NCBI RefSeq assembly: GCF_009834535.1 | Contig: NC_045707.1 | Coordinates: 10,478,001-10,542,000, forward strand | Reading direction: 5' to 3' | DNA from: Camelus ferus | Taxonomy: Eukaryota | DNA: 64,000 bases | Shown: positions 36,900-48,369 of the stretch, one piece after another | Position numbering within the stretch: the stretch's first letter is position 1 | How the letters are laid out: each line of letters starts with the position of its first letter | Translations under genes and position numbers: made by a program | Notes under the pieces: generated by a model | Told to the model about the DNA's origin: nothing | What the model saw: the letters and a program-made list of their open reading frames with translations, nothing else | The model's database searches: none

Positions 36900-37850
36900 A
36901 CTCTCTCCAATTCACCAATTCTCTCTTTAACTGTGTTCTGCCCCAAAGGTGTTCTTTTTATCACAAATTTCATTTCAAGAACTTAAACTTTCCCCCTAGT
37001 TTTCCAATTAGTTTTTAAAACACATGTCTATTGTTTCTTCTGCGCCTTTCCCATTTTTCTGTACCTTCTTTGTGCTTTTAAAGGGACAGTCTCCCTCATT
37101 TCTTCGAGAACCCCAGACTGTAATTCTTTCACGGGCTAATTGTTCCATGCAGTCAGCTCCTTCCGGAGTCACTTCTTACTCTGCCGATTGACTGTGTTAG
37201 AGTTAGAACATTCTTGTGCTGAGGGTGAGAGGGGGTTTTGGGTTTTCTTCCCCCACCCCATTTTTCTTCCATCATGCTTGTCCCTCATTCTGGGGCAGGT
37301 TTTCAGCCATTCCCAGTCACTCCCTGACCCCACCCAGCTCCTGTGTGTCCCTCGCACCCTTGTGCTGTGTCTCTCTCTGATTCTTCCTGCTTTTCTCCAT
37401 CAGCTTCTGGTGGGGCTCCCAGATTCTCCCCTCTTGACATTTCTCTTCTCATTTGTTCAAGCAACAAGTATTTTTGGACACCAAGTAGGTACCAACCTCT
37501 GTCCCATCTTCTGTTTCCTCCTTTGAATGACCCTTTTTATGGAAATGAGTCCTAGTTTATTGATTATTGTTTACATTAAGTAGTGTCACGAGCCCTGCTC
37601 TCACCCACAAGGAGGTGAGCGGACCAGCCCCTGTTCTGTGCGGAGCTCTTCTCGCTTCCTTCATGGATCACTGCGTTTTCTGCGAGCCACTGTCCTGCTG
37701 CTGCGACACCAGCCCTTCACTCCTGAACAGCACTTTGCCACCTGCAAATGCCCTCTTGTCAGTCAGCTCAGTTACCCTCTTCATCAGCTGTGGTGGGAGG
37801 TGGATGGGGGCAGACTGTTCTCCAGAGGACACCTGAGGCTCCGACAGCTA
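36900..37850 (-). mobile_element. Probable very old L1/HAL1 ORF1-region fragment
   Basis: T/C-rich plus strand with L1-like wording; heavily diverged. Confidence 0.4.
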
Positions 37851-38079
37851 GGTCTGTCCCTGGGGCCACCCTGCCAGTAAGCAGAGCAGAGCCACAGCTC
37901 AGACCCTCTCGTCACCTACACACCTGCATCGGATCCCCCAGACAGGACTCAGAACAGCTCCTGGGCAGGCGTCACAGCTGTCCTGGTCTCTCTCACTGGA
38001 CATAGCACATGCCTGGGCATGTGGTGTATTTACATAAACGAGTGTTTGGTAAAGGAGCCGAGGAGAGAGTGGGCTCCGT

Positions 38080-38390
38080 GTGTCTCCGGCCAGGGCGGTG
38101 GCCGAGTCCCTCCTGCAGCGTCCTGTGCCCTTGCCGGCCCCCGGGGGCGTGTGGGGGAGGACGCCCGCGGGGCCCCCGGGGAGACAGGCGCCCGCAGAAG
38201 CGGCGAGGGGCGCGGGCTGCTCCCGGCCCCTGTCCTCCAACGGCGGGGCCCGGGCCCCAGCCGCAGCAGCGGGGCTTGCGGGACCAGCCGCGCCAGAACA
38301 ACTCAGTCGGCGTCGATTCGCACCGCCGCGCTGACTGACGGCAGGCGCGGTGTTTATCTGGAGCCTGTGCGCCTGGTGCGGTAGCACTTA
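38080..38390. promoter_or_regulatory. Small CpG-island-like segment
   Basis: Very high GC with dense CpG (cccgcgggg, gcggcgaggggcgcggg, gtcggcgtcgattcgcaccgccgcg); no exon recognised. Confidence 0.55.
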
Positions 38391-39254
38391 GATCGCAGTA
38401 TTTTCTGTAATTACTTAAAAATGACAATGCATATTGAGTCAGTGATAAATCAGAGGCAATTTAAATAATGCCATCAGGAGTCAAGGAGCATAAATTCTGT
38501 GGGTTCCGACCCAGCCAAGCAGCCGTTGCTTCAAAGGGTGGGCAGTGTCTTGACACTCGGGGCCTCTGGGGAGGGGCCATCTGGGGAGGGGCCAGGGCCC
38601 CGGGCTCACGCCTCGGCCTGTGTGTCCTGTGGTCCTGACCTGGCCGCTCTGGGGGCAGTGGGCAAGCAGCGGCTAGAGCCTGGAGCGCGGACCGTGTCCG
38701 GGGCATGAAGGGGGCTGGGCTGGTGCTGCAGAATGTCTGTGTCCCTGGGTGGCACTGGGCGAGGGGGAGGGGGCTCTGCTGGGTGATCTGTGACAGCTGA
38801 AGGTGGCTGCCACCTGAGCCTCTGGCCCAAGGCCCAGGCTATCCTTGCGTCTCCCCTGCTTGCCCCTGCACAGGTGCAGGCAACCTCGGCCCTGGGGCCC
38901 CCTCCAAGGAGAGTTTGATTTCTCCAGAAGCTTGGTGGGGCGCCACATGGGTTCTGGCCCCCGGCCCCTGCAGCCTTGCTCTGAGTGTGGGGAGGCGATA
39001 GTTTTGGGCTGAATGGGTCTGATTCCAGCCATTGGTGGAGAGAAAAGAGGTGCAGTGTTGAGCTCCAGTCGTGAGATGGGAGCCCCGCTGGCTGCTCCTT
39101 TATGGCTTTAATTAAGCCATTTGCTTGCAAAGAACAGAAGCAAACTCAGGGCACCACCAACGGGAAACAGGGGCTGGTTATGGGAATTCTCAAGTGTCTT
39201 GTGTGATGCGGTGGGGAGTGCAGCCTGGACCCTGGGAGGGGGAAGGTCCCACAA

Positions 39255-39367
39255 GGGTCAGATGAGGGTCAGTCAGATGAGGGTCAGATGAGTGTCAGAT
39301 GATGGTCAGAGCAAGGTCAGATGAGGGTCAGATCAGGGTCAGACAGATGAGGGTCAGAGCAGGGTCA
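39255..39367 (+). repeat. 11-bp tandem repeat (GGGTCAGATGA)n, 10 half-site units
   Basis: Directly visible; two units are lengthened by 4 bp. Confidence 0.92.
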
Positions 39368-40859
39368 GATCTGGAGAAGCAACTTTCTCTCTGCTCTTGG
39401 TGTGTACACCGCTTGGCTTCCACCCCGCTTTCTCTAGGGACGTGCCCCTGCTCCATGGAGCCTCCTGCAGCTCCCGACCTGGGGGCACAAGTGCAGCCCC
39501 TGGAAGACACGGGTTTTCTTGGGCCCAGTTCCACTTTCCCGGGGAGAGGGGAGGGGGGGCCCACCTGGGAGGGGGGGCCCACCCCCACCCCACCCCACCC
39601 ACCCCAGTTCCATCAGAGTGATGTGGCATTTACAGAACGACTGCCTTTGTCCTGTTGGTAGGGACCAGATGTCATCCCTGGGGGTGCTAGGCACCCACTC
39701 TCAAGGGTGCTGTCTGCAACGATGCCACCTGACTGCGTTACCCAGAGTGTGTAAGCTGGCTTTCTGACGGGCGTCACCAGTGGAGCCAGAGACCTAACTC
39801 GCCGGTGGTAAGACAACATGGAATACCCCAGCGGGATTTGAACCCACAGGTGCTGGATCCAGGGAACATGGTCTGTCTGCCACAGAGGCCCACCTCCCTC
39901 TGTGCCTGCTCAGAGTTCTTGTTGGAGGACATGGCACAAGCAAAGGGCCTGGGGCAGGCAGGCTGGCCCAGGAGGCCAGCTTTGTCATCTCCAAGGTGTC
40001 TCCTGGGGTGTTTCCCTTCCAGGCTGCTTAGGTGGGGATGGCTCCTTGTCCTGCTGGAGGGACTTTGAGAGTCCCCAAGACAGCGTCCCTGGTAGAAACG
40101 TTCAGTGCGGGGAACAGGATGGGGCAGGGGCTGGCGTGTCCCCTCTGCCTCGATGCAGACAGGCTCCCAGAGTAAGACTGTGAAATTCAATAATGAACAA
40201 ACTAGGAATTTGTTTAATTCTTATACCAAAGAACCCAGATTGTCTTCCCCTGTCCATCCTTCTGGCCCAGCGGCTGGGACGCTTGCCATGTGGATGCTCC
40301 TAGGACTCAGAGACTTCACCCAAGGTGCTTCAAGGCCAAGTCTGCAAGACGCCAAGTCAAGAACGTTTATAATCCCCTTCAATCATCCAGATTAGTGCTT
40401 TCCATTTCCCCCCCAAACTTTTGGAGGTTTCGCTCAGGTCTCCGTGCCCCTCATGGTACCTGCCCCTCCACCCATGCCTCTGAAGCAGCATCACTGAAAA
40501 GGAGTGAATAGAAGGCTTAATGGCCCTCAAAATCAAGGTCAATTTTCTTCTTTCTAAATAACTTGGGAACTGCTTCCCCTGCAGTGTTCAAATTTTCTAA
40601 GTTCCTTGATAGTCTCAAAACATGCAACTGGCTCTGATTTTGAATCAAGCTGGTCGGTCTTGAAAAGAGAACAGCTGTGCCCCAAACTGAGAAGCAACAC
40701 GGTCTGGAGCTAAGAGCGGGGAGAGCCTGACGGCGGAGACACCTTCCGTCTCCTGGGACCAGGACCCCCCCCCCCCGCCGCCCGACCTCACCCCCAAGTG
40801 CGTTCGGGGTTGGAGGGACGCACGTCTGAGCGGCAACTCTGCCCCATGCTGTGTGCTCC

Positions 40860-40980
40860 TCGGTGAACGGCTTCACATTCTAAGTCTTGGTTTTCTCATT
40901 AACCAATGAAAAAGGATCTATTCAGGCTCCGTCAGAGGACGGTAAGAACAAAATGAAATAACCTATGCGAAATAGCTTCA
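40860..40980 (+). mobile_element. MIR fragment
   Basis: cttggttttctcattaaccaatg...aaaatgaaataacctatgcgaaa. Confidence 0.55.
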
Positions 40981-42349
40981 CGCCTTTGAAAACCCTCTGT
41001 GAATGTCCTCGCCTTATTAATGACACTAATAATTAGAACTGCTATTCGTTCTTCTAGCAGACATTTATTTGGACCCTACTGTGTGCAAATTCCCTGTGCC
41101 AGATGCTGGAGGAATAATGGGGTTGGAATTGTCTCCTTGCAAAAAAATTCATAGTGTTTTCTTGCAGGCTTGTTCTCCTGGAAACAAAATCACTATGCAG
41201 TACCTGGGATATTACAATAATACATTTTAATGAAAACTTAATTAATTTGAAATGATTGATTTGTTGTAAGTAGAGGGAAAGAAAAATCATTAAAAATTGG
41301 CAAATGGGAGAGAAAAATGCTTTTATATAAGTACATGGGCGACGCATTTCGAGGCAATGAATATTTCTAAAATAAGAAAACATAAAACTTGAGTTTTGCA
41401 AAGTTATTTCCTTAATTTGCAGGGCTGTTTCGACTTGTTCCCTGATAAAAATAAAAGAACCCTGCTCTGCGGCTTGTGCAAGTGAATGCGGAGCCGGTGG
41501 AAGCTTCTTCCTCTTTTAAAAACTGTTTCCCAGCGGGATTTAGCAACGTGGGTTCATCTGGGGCTTTGAGTGTTTATTTGGTTTGCTCCCTGTAGTTCCT
41601 GTGGAAAAACACAAGCCCCAGCACCAGGAGCTCAGCCAGGACCCCTCAGCCCGCGCGGACTGCCTTCCAGGCGCGCCACCCACTGGGTCCCATCGCTGTT
41701 CAGGCGTCTTCAGGGCCTCCGGACGCCTTCTGGGTCCAGGGTAGGTGGCATGAGGGGCTCCTTGATGAGAAAAAGCAGGGCTGAGCTCTAGTCCTGACTC
41801 CATCATTCATAATCCTCGTATCCCAAGCAGGTCCCAGGCCCAACGGGAGCCTCAGATCTCCCGTCTCTAAAATGGGAGAGTTCACATCCAGCTCTGACAC
41901 TGCAGCCCAAGCTCTGTCCCCAGCAATGTGCGGCATTCACCATGTTTGAAGAGTGACCCTTCAAGGTCAGATGGTCTGATGCCCAGTCTCCCCTCCCAAC
42001 CAGGTTTTCAGGGTCCTTTAAATCATCCCCATCCATCTCTCTTCTGTTGGGTCCAGAGCTGTGCTGGTCAGTATTTAATGGCTACTCGATGGAAAGAAAG
42101 CCTCAAGTTATGGTGTTTGTCAGTTTTTGTGGTGCATACACTCCACGGTGGCTCATTTCAGGCCACCCACGTGATGCCACTGAATGCTGAGTTGGGAAGA
42201 GATGCTTATAACCTTGAGCCGTGCAGGCCTGTCCCAGCCCACCACTGGCTGGGCGTCTTCCAGTGCAGGGGGGCCCGCTCACCGCTGGCTAAACGCAGAA
42301 GTGGGTCAGATGACGTTAGCTAACAGTCCTTGTGTGCTCTTGGGGAGCC

Positions 42350-42510
42350 GGGCTCCCTGCTCAGTACTTTTTACGTAGATTGTCTCATGTGATCGTCAAC
42401 CCAGTCCTAGGAGCCCACCCCTTGGTGCAGAGGCTTACGTAACCCGCCCAAGGTCATGCAGCCCGGAGGAGGTGCGTCCGAAGGAGCTTCGGGTGTCTGA
42501 GTCCGCAGCC
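42350..42510 (-). mobile_element. MIR fragment
   Basis: ttgtctcatgtgatcgtcaac...gtaacccgcccaaggtcatgcagc. Confidence 0.6.
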
Positions 42511-43391
42511 CAGGATTCCAGCAGCATCCTCCCCCCCAATTGCAGCCTTGGTGCTTTCTGCTGCTAACCATCTTTCCAGCCTGCCGGAAAATGCCTTGAA
42601 ACATCAAACATGTCCATTTACACTGGGTTCCTTTATTTTGAAGTCATTTATCAGATCTCCTCACGATGACCATGCATCTCTTTAATGCACCTGACCCATT
42701 CATAAACTTGTCTGCAAGCCCGCTTTGATGGTGCTCTCACGCGGAGGACCCTCAGATACATGCCGTTAAGTCTTTTCTTTCTGTTTTGTTTTGGGATGAT
42801 CCCATTAACAGGCTGGAGTGCTGACATATGGATCTTATGTAAAAAAAGTGACTTTGGAACAGCTTTTCTGTGATTAGTGAAAGAAACAGCCTTAAGTAAG
42901 GGAGCTATTTGGAGCAGAGAGGCTTTTAATTAGGATGATATTCTGGTGCTGAGTGACAGGGTGGCTCTTGAAGAACAGAAGTCAGGACAGCTTTCCTGGG
43001 AAGGTCATTGGCGTACAGCAGCCCTCCAAGCTGAGTTTTCAGGGAGTTCAGCCCTCCACCCAAACCGGCAGAGGCAGGAACCCTTGTCCCAGCTGAGCCC
43101 AGTCCCAAGTGGTGTGGACCACGAGCAGTGACCCTGGGAGCCAGGCCACCTGCCGTCAACACTGGGCCCCTCGTCCTCGCCAGCCGCAGCGGTAGCTGCG
43201 TAGGGTCAGAGTTGATGGATGATGCTCCCTGGCCCCGGACAGACTGCCCCAGGGAGCTGGCCGTCTCATGCCACTGAACCCAGTCTTGAATGAACGCAGG
43301 ATACGGAAACTCAGGTTTGCAGAGACGTCCGTGGAGCTGAGAGCAACCCCCGAATGGCTAGCATAGTCAACCAGAAGCGAGCGACGCAGGT

Positions 43392-43512
43392 GGAGAGGGG
43401 AGCGCTCGGGGTGGGGCGCGTGCTCAGCGTGCACCGGGTCCTGGGTTCAGTCCCCAGGCCCTCCACTAAAAAATGAATAAATAAACCTAATTGCCTCCCC
43501 CTCCAAAAAAAG
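43392..43512 (+). mobile_element. tRNA-derived camelid SINE (Vic-1-like)
   Basis: GGAGAGGGGAGCGCTC...GTCCTGGGTTCAGTCCCCAG..CCTCCA followed by AAAAAATGAATAAATAAACCTAATTGCCTCCCC, the tail I recall as diagnostic of this family. Confidence 0.8.
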
Positions 43513-44485
43513 ATCTGATGAAATGTAATTAAAAATAAACAAGTGATGGCATTTGTGTAAAGGCAGTAAGTATTCATTTAAAGACAATTCAAGCCGTGTA
43601 TAAGGAAGAAAGCACCAAATGACCTAGAGCCCTCCTGCTCAGAGACGACCTGCGGTCAGGGACCTTCTCGGGCGTCCGCCGTTCCGGACACGCAGCCCCG
43701 CACGCAGCGGCGCGCGCCACGGTGTCGTGTTGCGCTTCTTGTGCTCGTGGACCCTGTGGGCCGGGAACTGGGACTGGGGTGTGTCCCTGCGGCTTCAGCT
43801 GGGAAGACCCATGGCTGGGGCGGCCGGGTCCACGGAGGGGGAGCCCCCAGGAAAGGGCCTGCAGAGTGAGTGTTCCCAGAGAGCACGGCACAGCGGCGAG
43901 CCTCTTCTGGCCCCCCTGCCCCGTCACACTGTGTCCTCCCCAATCGCGAGTGTCTCCCTGAGGCCAAATTCAAGAGGAGGGGGATCAGGGCCACCTCCTG
44001 ATAAGAGAACAAGGTCGCACTGCCTAGAGCGTCGGGAAGCAAGACATCACCGTCACCATCTTTGAAAACTGCGCTCTCCCTCGGGTGACCGTGGCGTGGA
44101 CACAGGGGAGTGGAGGGCAGGGCGTAGGGGAGGCGGCAGCCCCTGTAGCAGGTGCAGAATCTACACAGGCAGGCTCGTAGACGTACTGTTGTAAGGGCAG
44201 CATTATTTAATCATGCTTTCAAAACATACAAATTCGTAAATTTAACTCCATTTGCATTTAACAGACGGAAGAGAAACTGATACAAAACGGAAAGACTTTC
44301 AGAACCTTCAGATCATTTTTTTTAAGCCGCAAGAGATTTTAGTTCCTAAATGATCTAAGAATAGGAAATAAATTATAAAAACCGTGAAAAGCCCGGAGTC
44401 ATTATTTTTTAAGACACATTTCTTTTGCAGCTTTAGACAGTGAGGACTAACTCACGGCTGGAAAAAAATGCAACGATTCTAGGTT

Positions 44486-44870
44486 TTGCACTTCTGCTTC
44501 CTCTCCCTCGCCCCCTCGCCCAAATTTTGTCGCTCATTTAATTTTTATTTTGTCAGGGTTTATGACGTCACCATCCTAGTGCAAACGTGCTCCTCGAGTT
44601 GCTTAAAAGCCTTAGTTACGTGTGGATGCGGACGCAGGCTCAGCTTTCGATGCCCGTGCGCGCGCGCAGCTGTCCGTGCTCATGGGTGGCTCCCGCCCCC
44701 CCCCCCCCCCCCCCGTGTCTCCCTCACTCCCAGTTTCTTTTCTTGCTTCATCTCCTGCCCGGATGCATTTTATGTGAGTGATTTTTATCAAGAAGTGCTC
44801 ATAGGGGCTTTAGTTTCCAAATTCTTTCATGTTGGAAAATGTCTGCAGGCTGCCTTTAATCTGCAGCCGC
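44486..44870 (-). mobile_element. Probable old L1ME fragment containing (GC)n and a C19 run
   Basis: ccaaattctttcatgttggaaaatgtctg is L1ME-like; C run at 44696-44714. Confidence 0.45.
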
Positions 44871-45439
44871 CTCCGCCGGGGTAAGCTGCCCCTGGGCTGC
44901 ACACACGTCTGCCCTCAGGGTGCGGGGCTCCCCTGCTCCAGCCCTGGAAGTTACGCCCACGCCCCCTGTGGCAGCCCGAGTCCCGGAGGGCCGCTCACCT
45001 GCCCTCTCTCCTGGCTGCACTTCGAGGGCGGGTGCTGCTTTCCAGCGGGGCTCTGAGGGCTGAGGACACTGGCAGCAGTGGAGGCTTGGTGGGCGGACCA
45101 GAGTGTGGTCCGTGGGCCCCATCCCGAGGGTCTTGGCCCTGTCCCTCCTCGGCTCAGCGCCCTTCCTCCCTGAGCTGGCCCCTCTCTCCGCGAGCCGTGG
45201 TCTCTGCTTCTGTCCTCAGTGCTGCTTCTGCGGCTGGGCACCTGGAGGCCGGGAGCTGAGCTCTAGGCGTCGCACAGTCCACCCCAGCTCGCAAAGGACA
45301 AACTCGTATGAGACCAAGTGGAATTTGGGACCATGGCTCCCAGCTCTGCCTGGGGTGGGTGATGTGGGCCTCCTGGGGTCCTCAGGGTGGGGTGGAGGCT
45401 GAGGCAGGACAGGCTTAGAGGTTCACCATCCTCTCTACA

Positions 45440-45570
45440 CCTTACCATGCCTTTGGGGTGAGTTCAATACTTCATGCTTCTCTGTGCCTCCGTTTCCCCC
45501 TTTGGTAAGACGGGAACCTTCACAATCCCCACCTTGAAGGCTGGTGTGGGCATGGACGCATGGTTACGTG
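45440..45570 (+). mobile_element. MIR fragment
   Basis: cttctctgtgcctccgtttccccctttggtaagacgggaacc. Confidence 0.65.
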
Positions 45571-47477
45571 TGGAACGGTGGGCACAGAGGTGGGCCTGTG
45601 AAATGCAGGCTCCCGTCTCCAGCAGGTCAGCGTCATGGTCACCGTGTCCGGGTTTGGAAGCACCATCACTCACATGGTTACCCTGGTGCCCGGCCCCGGG
45701 ACCCTGCTGCCCCAGGGGGCCCTGTAGTGGTGGCTCCCTCCCTGCTCCTCCTTCAGACTCTTTCTGGTCTGAACTCTGAGTGGGCCTCTCAGTCCCTCCC
45801 CTCCTGGGGCCTCTCCCCCCAGCTGGACCCCGGTGTCCGCTGCGCTCCCACGCGGCTCCCAGCCCTGCGCCTCTCCCTGAGCTGCACCCTGCTGGCACCT
45901 TTGGTCTTAAACACGCACCCAGGGCGGCTGCGCGTTGGCCTTTACTCACACACTGCCCGTCGAGGCCCTCGCTTTTTCCACGGTGTTTGCAGTGTTAAAT
46001 GATGCTCAGGGCCCAGATCCCATTTTCCCCCCATCAGCTGCCTTATTGCTGTTTTAAATGATTTTTTACTAAACGTCTCTAACCGGCTGCCCATAAAATA
46101 ATGGAAGGGAAAGTATTCTCATTAAAGAGGAGTTTATCTGGGTTGTAAACGCGGGGCCACTTAGTGTGTTCTAAATGCTGCGGCGGGTGTGTTGACTGTT
46201 GCTGATGGAGAGAGTGTGTGGTCAGGGCTCCGTGACACCAGGGCCACGGGAGGGGACAGTCCTGGGGCTGCCCCGCCTGGGCTCTAGTCTCTGTGCAGCT
46301 GCCTTCTGCCCGCAGACCTCACGACCACCTGCCCACAGAAGCCCCTCCCAGCACCTCCCCTTCTGCTCACAGCACCCCACCCGCTGGGGATCCGACAGGA
46401 GGTGCCTGGAACCAGGGAGGCTCGACCTGAGGGCTGGGATGTTGGGGACTGGGCGACGGGCCTCAGGGGCACCAGGAAGGCCGCCTGCTGTGGCGTCACT
46501 GCTGAGAGCACAGGCTTGCAGACAGACAGACAGACAGACAGAGGTGAGTTGAAGCGTGTGTGCTGCGTCTTGAGCTGCGGCCCCTGGGGAGACACTAACC
46601 TCTGTAAACCGTATTAAACCTCCTTTGTGCAAAGGAGGGAATCACTGCTTCTGTACCGGGGGTCTGCAAAGTACCCCAGTCAGGCCTCGGAATGTGGGGG
46701 TTCTGCCCCCACCCCCCACAGCCTGTTCTGCCTGTGTCTGCCCCATCCACACCCCACCAGCCCGGCACACACAGGCATGGACTGTGCTCCCGGCCAGGCC
46801 TGATGTTGGCTTCTGGATTGTTCTCCACGTGCAGGACACGGCGCCTGTCAGCAAGGAGCTCACAGCCTCTGGGGGTTGGTGCACCCCAGGGGGAGTGGGG
46901 CCAGGGCGCAGGCAGCCAGTAAGATGAGCGTGTGTTGTCTGCGGGTCCTTGCCGAGCACGGCTGAGCCCATGGAGGGAGCCACAGAGCATGCCCCTGTGA
47001 CACCCCCCGGGGGAGGGCGGGGAGGGAGCTTCTGGTTAAGGGTTTCCAACCTGGAGCACTGGGTGGGGTCCCTCAGTGGCATCAGTTGGGAAGCCATCCA
47101 TCCATTCATTCAACACTCAGGGACTCCCTCCTGGACCAGCTGACTTCCAGACTCAGAGGCCACAAGAGAAGACAGAAGGGGATGCTGCCTGGAGTCAGGG
47201 GCCTCAGGGCGCCCCGGCGACGTCCCAGGTGCCTGTGACTCCAGCACCCACGGCCGGTCCCACTTGGTCCTGGTTTCCCTCCGGCTGGGTGCCCAGGGTT
47301 TGGACGTGACCTACTTGCCTTTGCTCACAGTCAGAGCTGCAACGGCTCAGCACGTGAACTTGAGATTCTTGTGGGTGTCCACTCCCTCCTTCCTGCCTGT
47401 GGCCCCTCCAATCAGAAGTGGGTTTCGTGTGGCTGTCGGCAGATCTTGCCTTGAAGTCTTGCCTTGAGAAGTCTCAG

Positions 47478-47956
47478 TGTGAGACAGGCGGGGACCTGGG
47501 ACCTGGGGCCTGGGACCCTTTACCGCAGAGCTTACAGGGGGACAAACGTCTCCTCCGGCAGCAGAACAGAAAGAAACAAAAGGGGTGGAAAATAACTGCA
47601 TGTGTGAGCAGCTGGGGTGAGTTATGAACAAGATACAAAAAGACCAAAAACCGAGCTGCCTCTTCTGAGATGCCGGGAGCAAAACAGGTCCCGCACGTGA
47701 CCCCTGCACACGGCCCCACCACGGGGCAGGCAGACCTCCTGAGCCACCCCTCACCCGACCCCCGGATCTGTCCCCACCCTCACCCCATTTAAGGGGCCAG
47801 CTCACTGCTCCCTGGGGAGCGAGCAAGGGAACCTGTGACTCAGTTTTGCTTCCTCCTGCTGCAGCACGAGTCCCAGGAAAGCCTTGCCTGACCTCCTTGT
47901 CTGGCCTTTTATCAATTTCTATTGATTAAGGAGGCCAAGGACCTGATTTGGAGACA
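47478..47956 (+). mobile_element. ERV1-class solo LTR
   Basis: Starts TGTGAGACAGG; U5-like gccttgcctgacctccttgtctggccttttatcaatttctattgattaaggag. Confidence 0.75.
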
Positions 47957-48369
47957 CTAACGCCGTCCCACTGGGGGCTGGAGCTTCCACGTGGGGGTTG
48001 GGGAGGACACAGACATGAGCCCACAACCTCCCCATCTGGCCACTCTTTCATGTGGGCGGGGACAGGAGGGAACCACCTCTAGACAAGGTCAGCTCTGCGC
48101 CTTGGTTCCTAATGGCCTCAGGTGGTGCTTAGCGGCCTTGACGCAGGTGGGGTGGCCCTCAGATCTCCCAGGACCACGTCACGGGATGGGCTAACGTCCT
48201 TGCTCCTGCCCCCTTCCTAGCCCCCCCCCCCACGTTGTGCGATCCCGGGGTTGGGGGGGGGGGGACTGCTGGTCATCCTGGAAGCCCTGAGCTCTGGAAG
48301 CTTCTCCCTCGTTCTGGATGAGCCCAGCCAATTCTGGCCTTCCCTTTTGGAAAAGAAAGAAAATATTAA

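Noticed and set aside
43392-43465. tRNA gene
   Set aside because: Degenerate A box and arms, no clean cloverleaf, and it is followed by the SINE-specific tail
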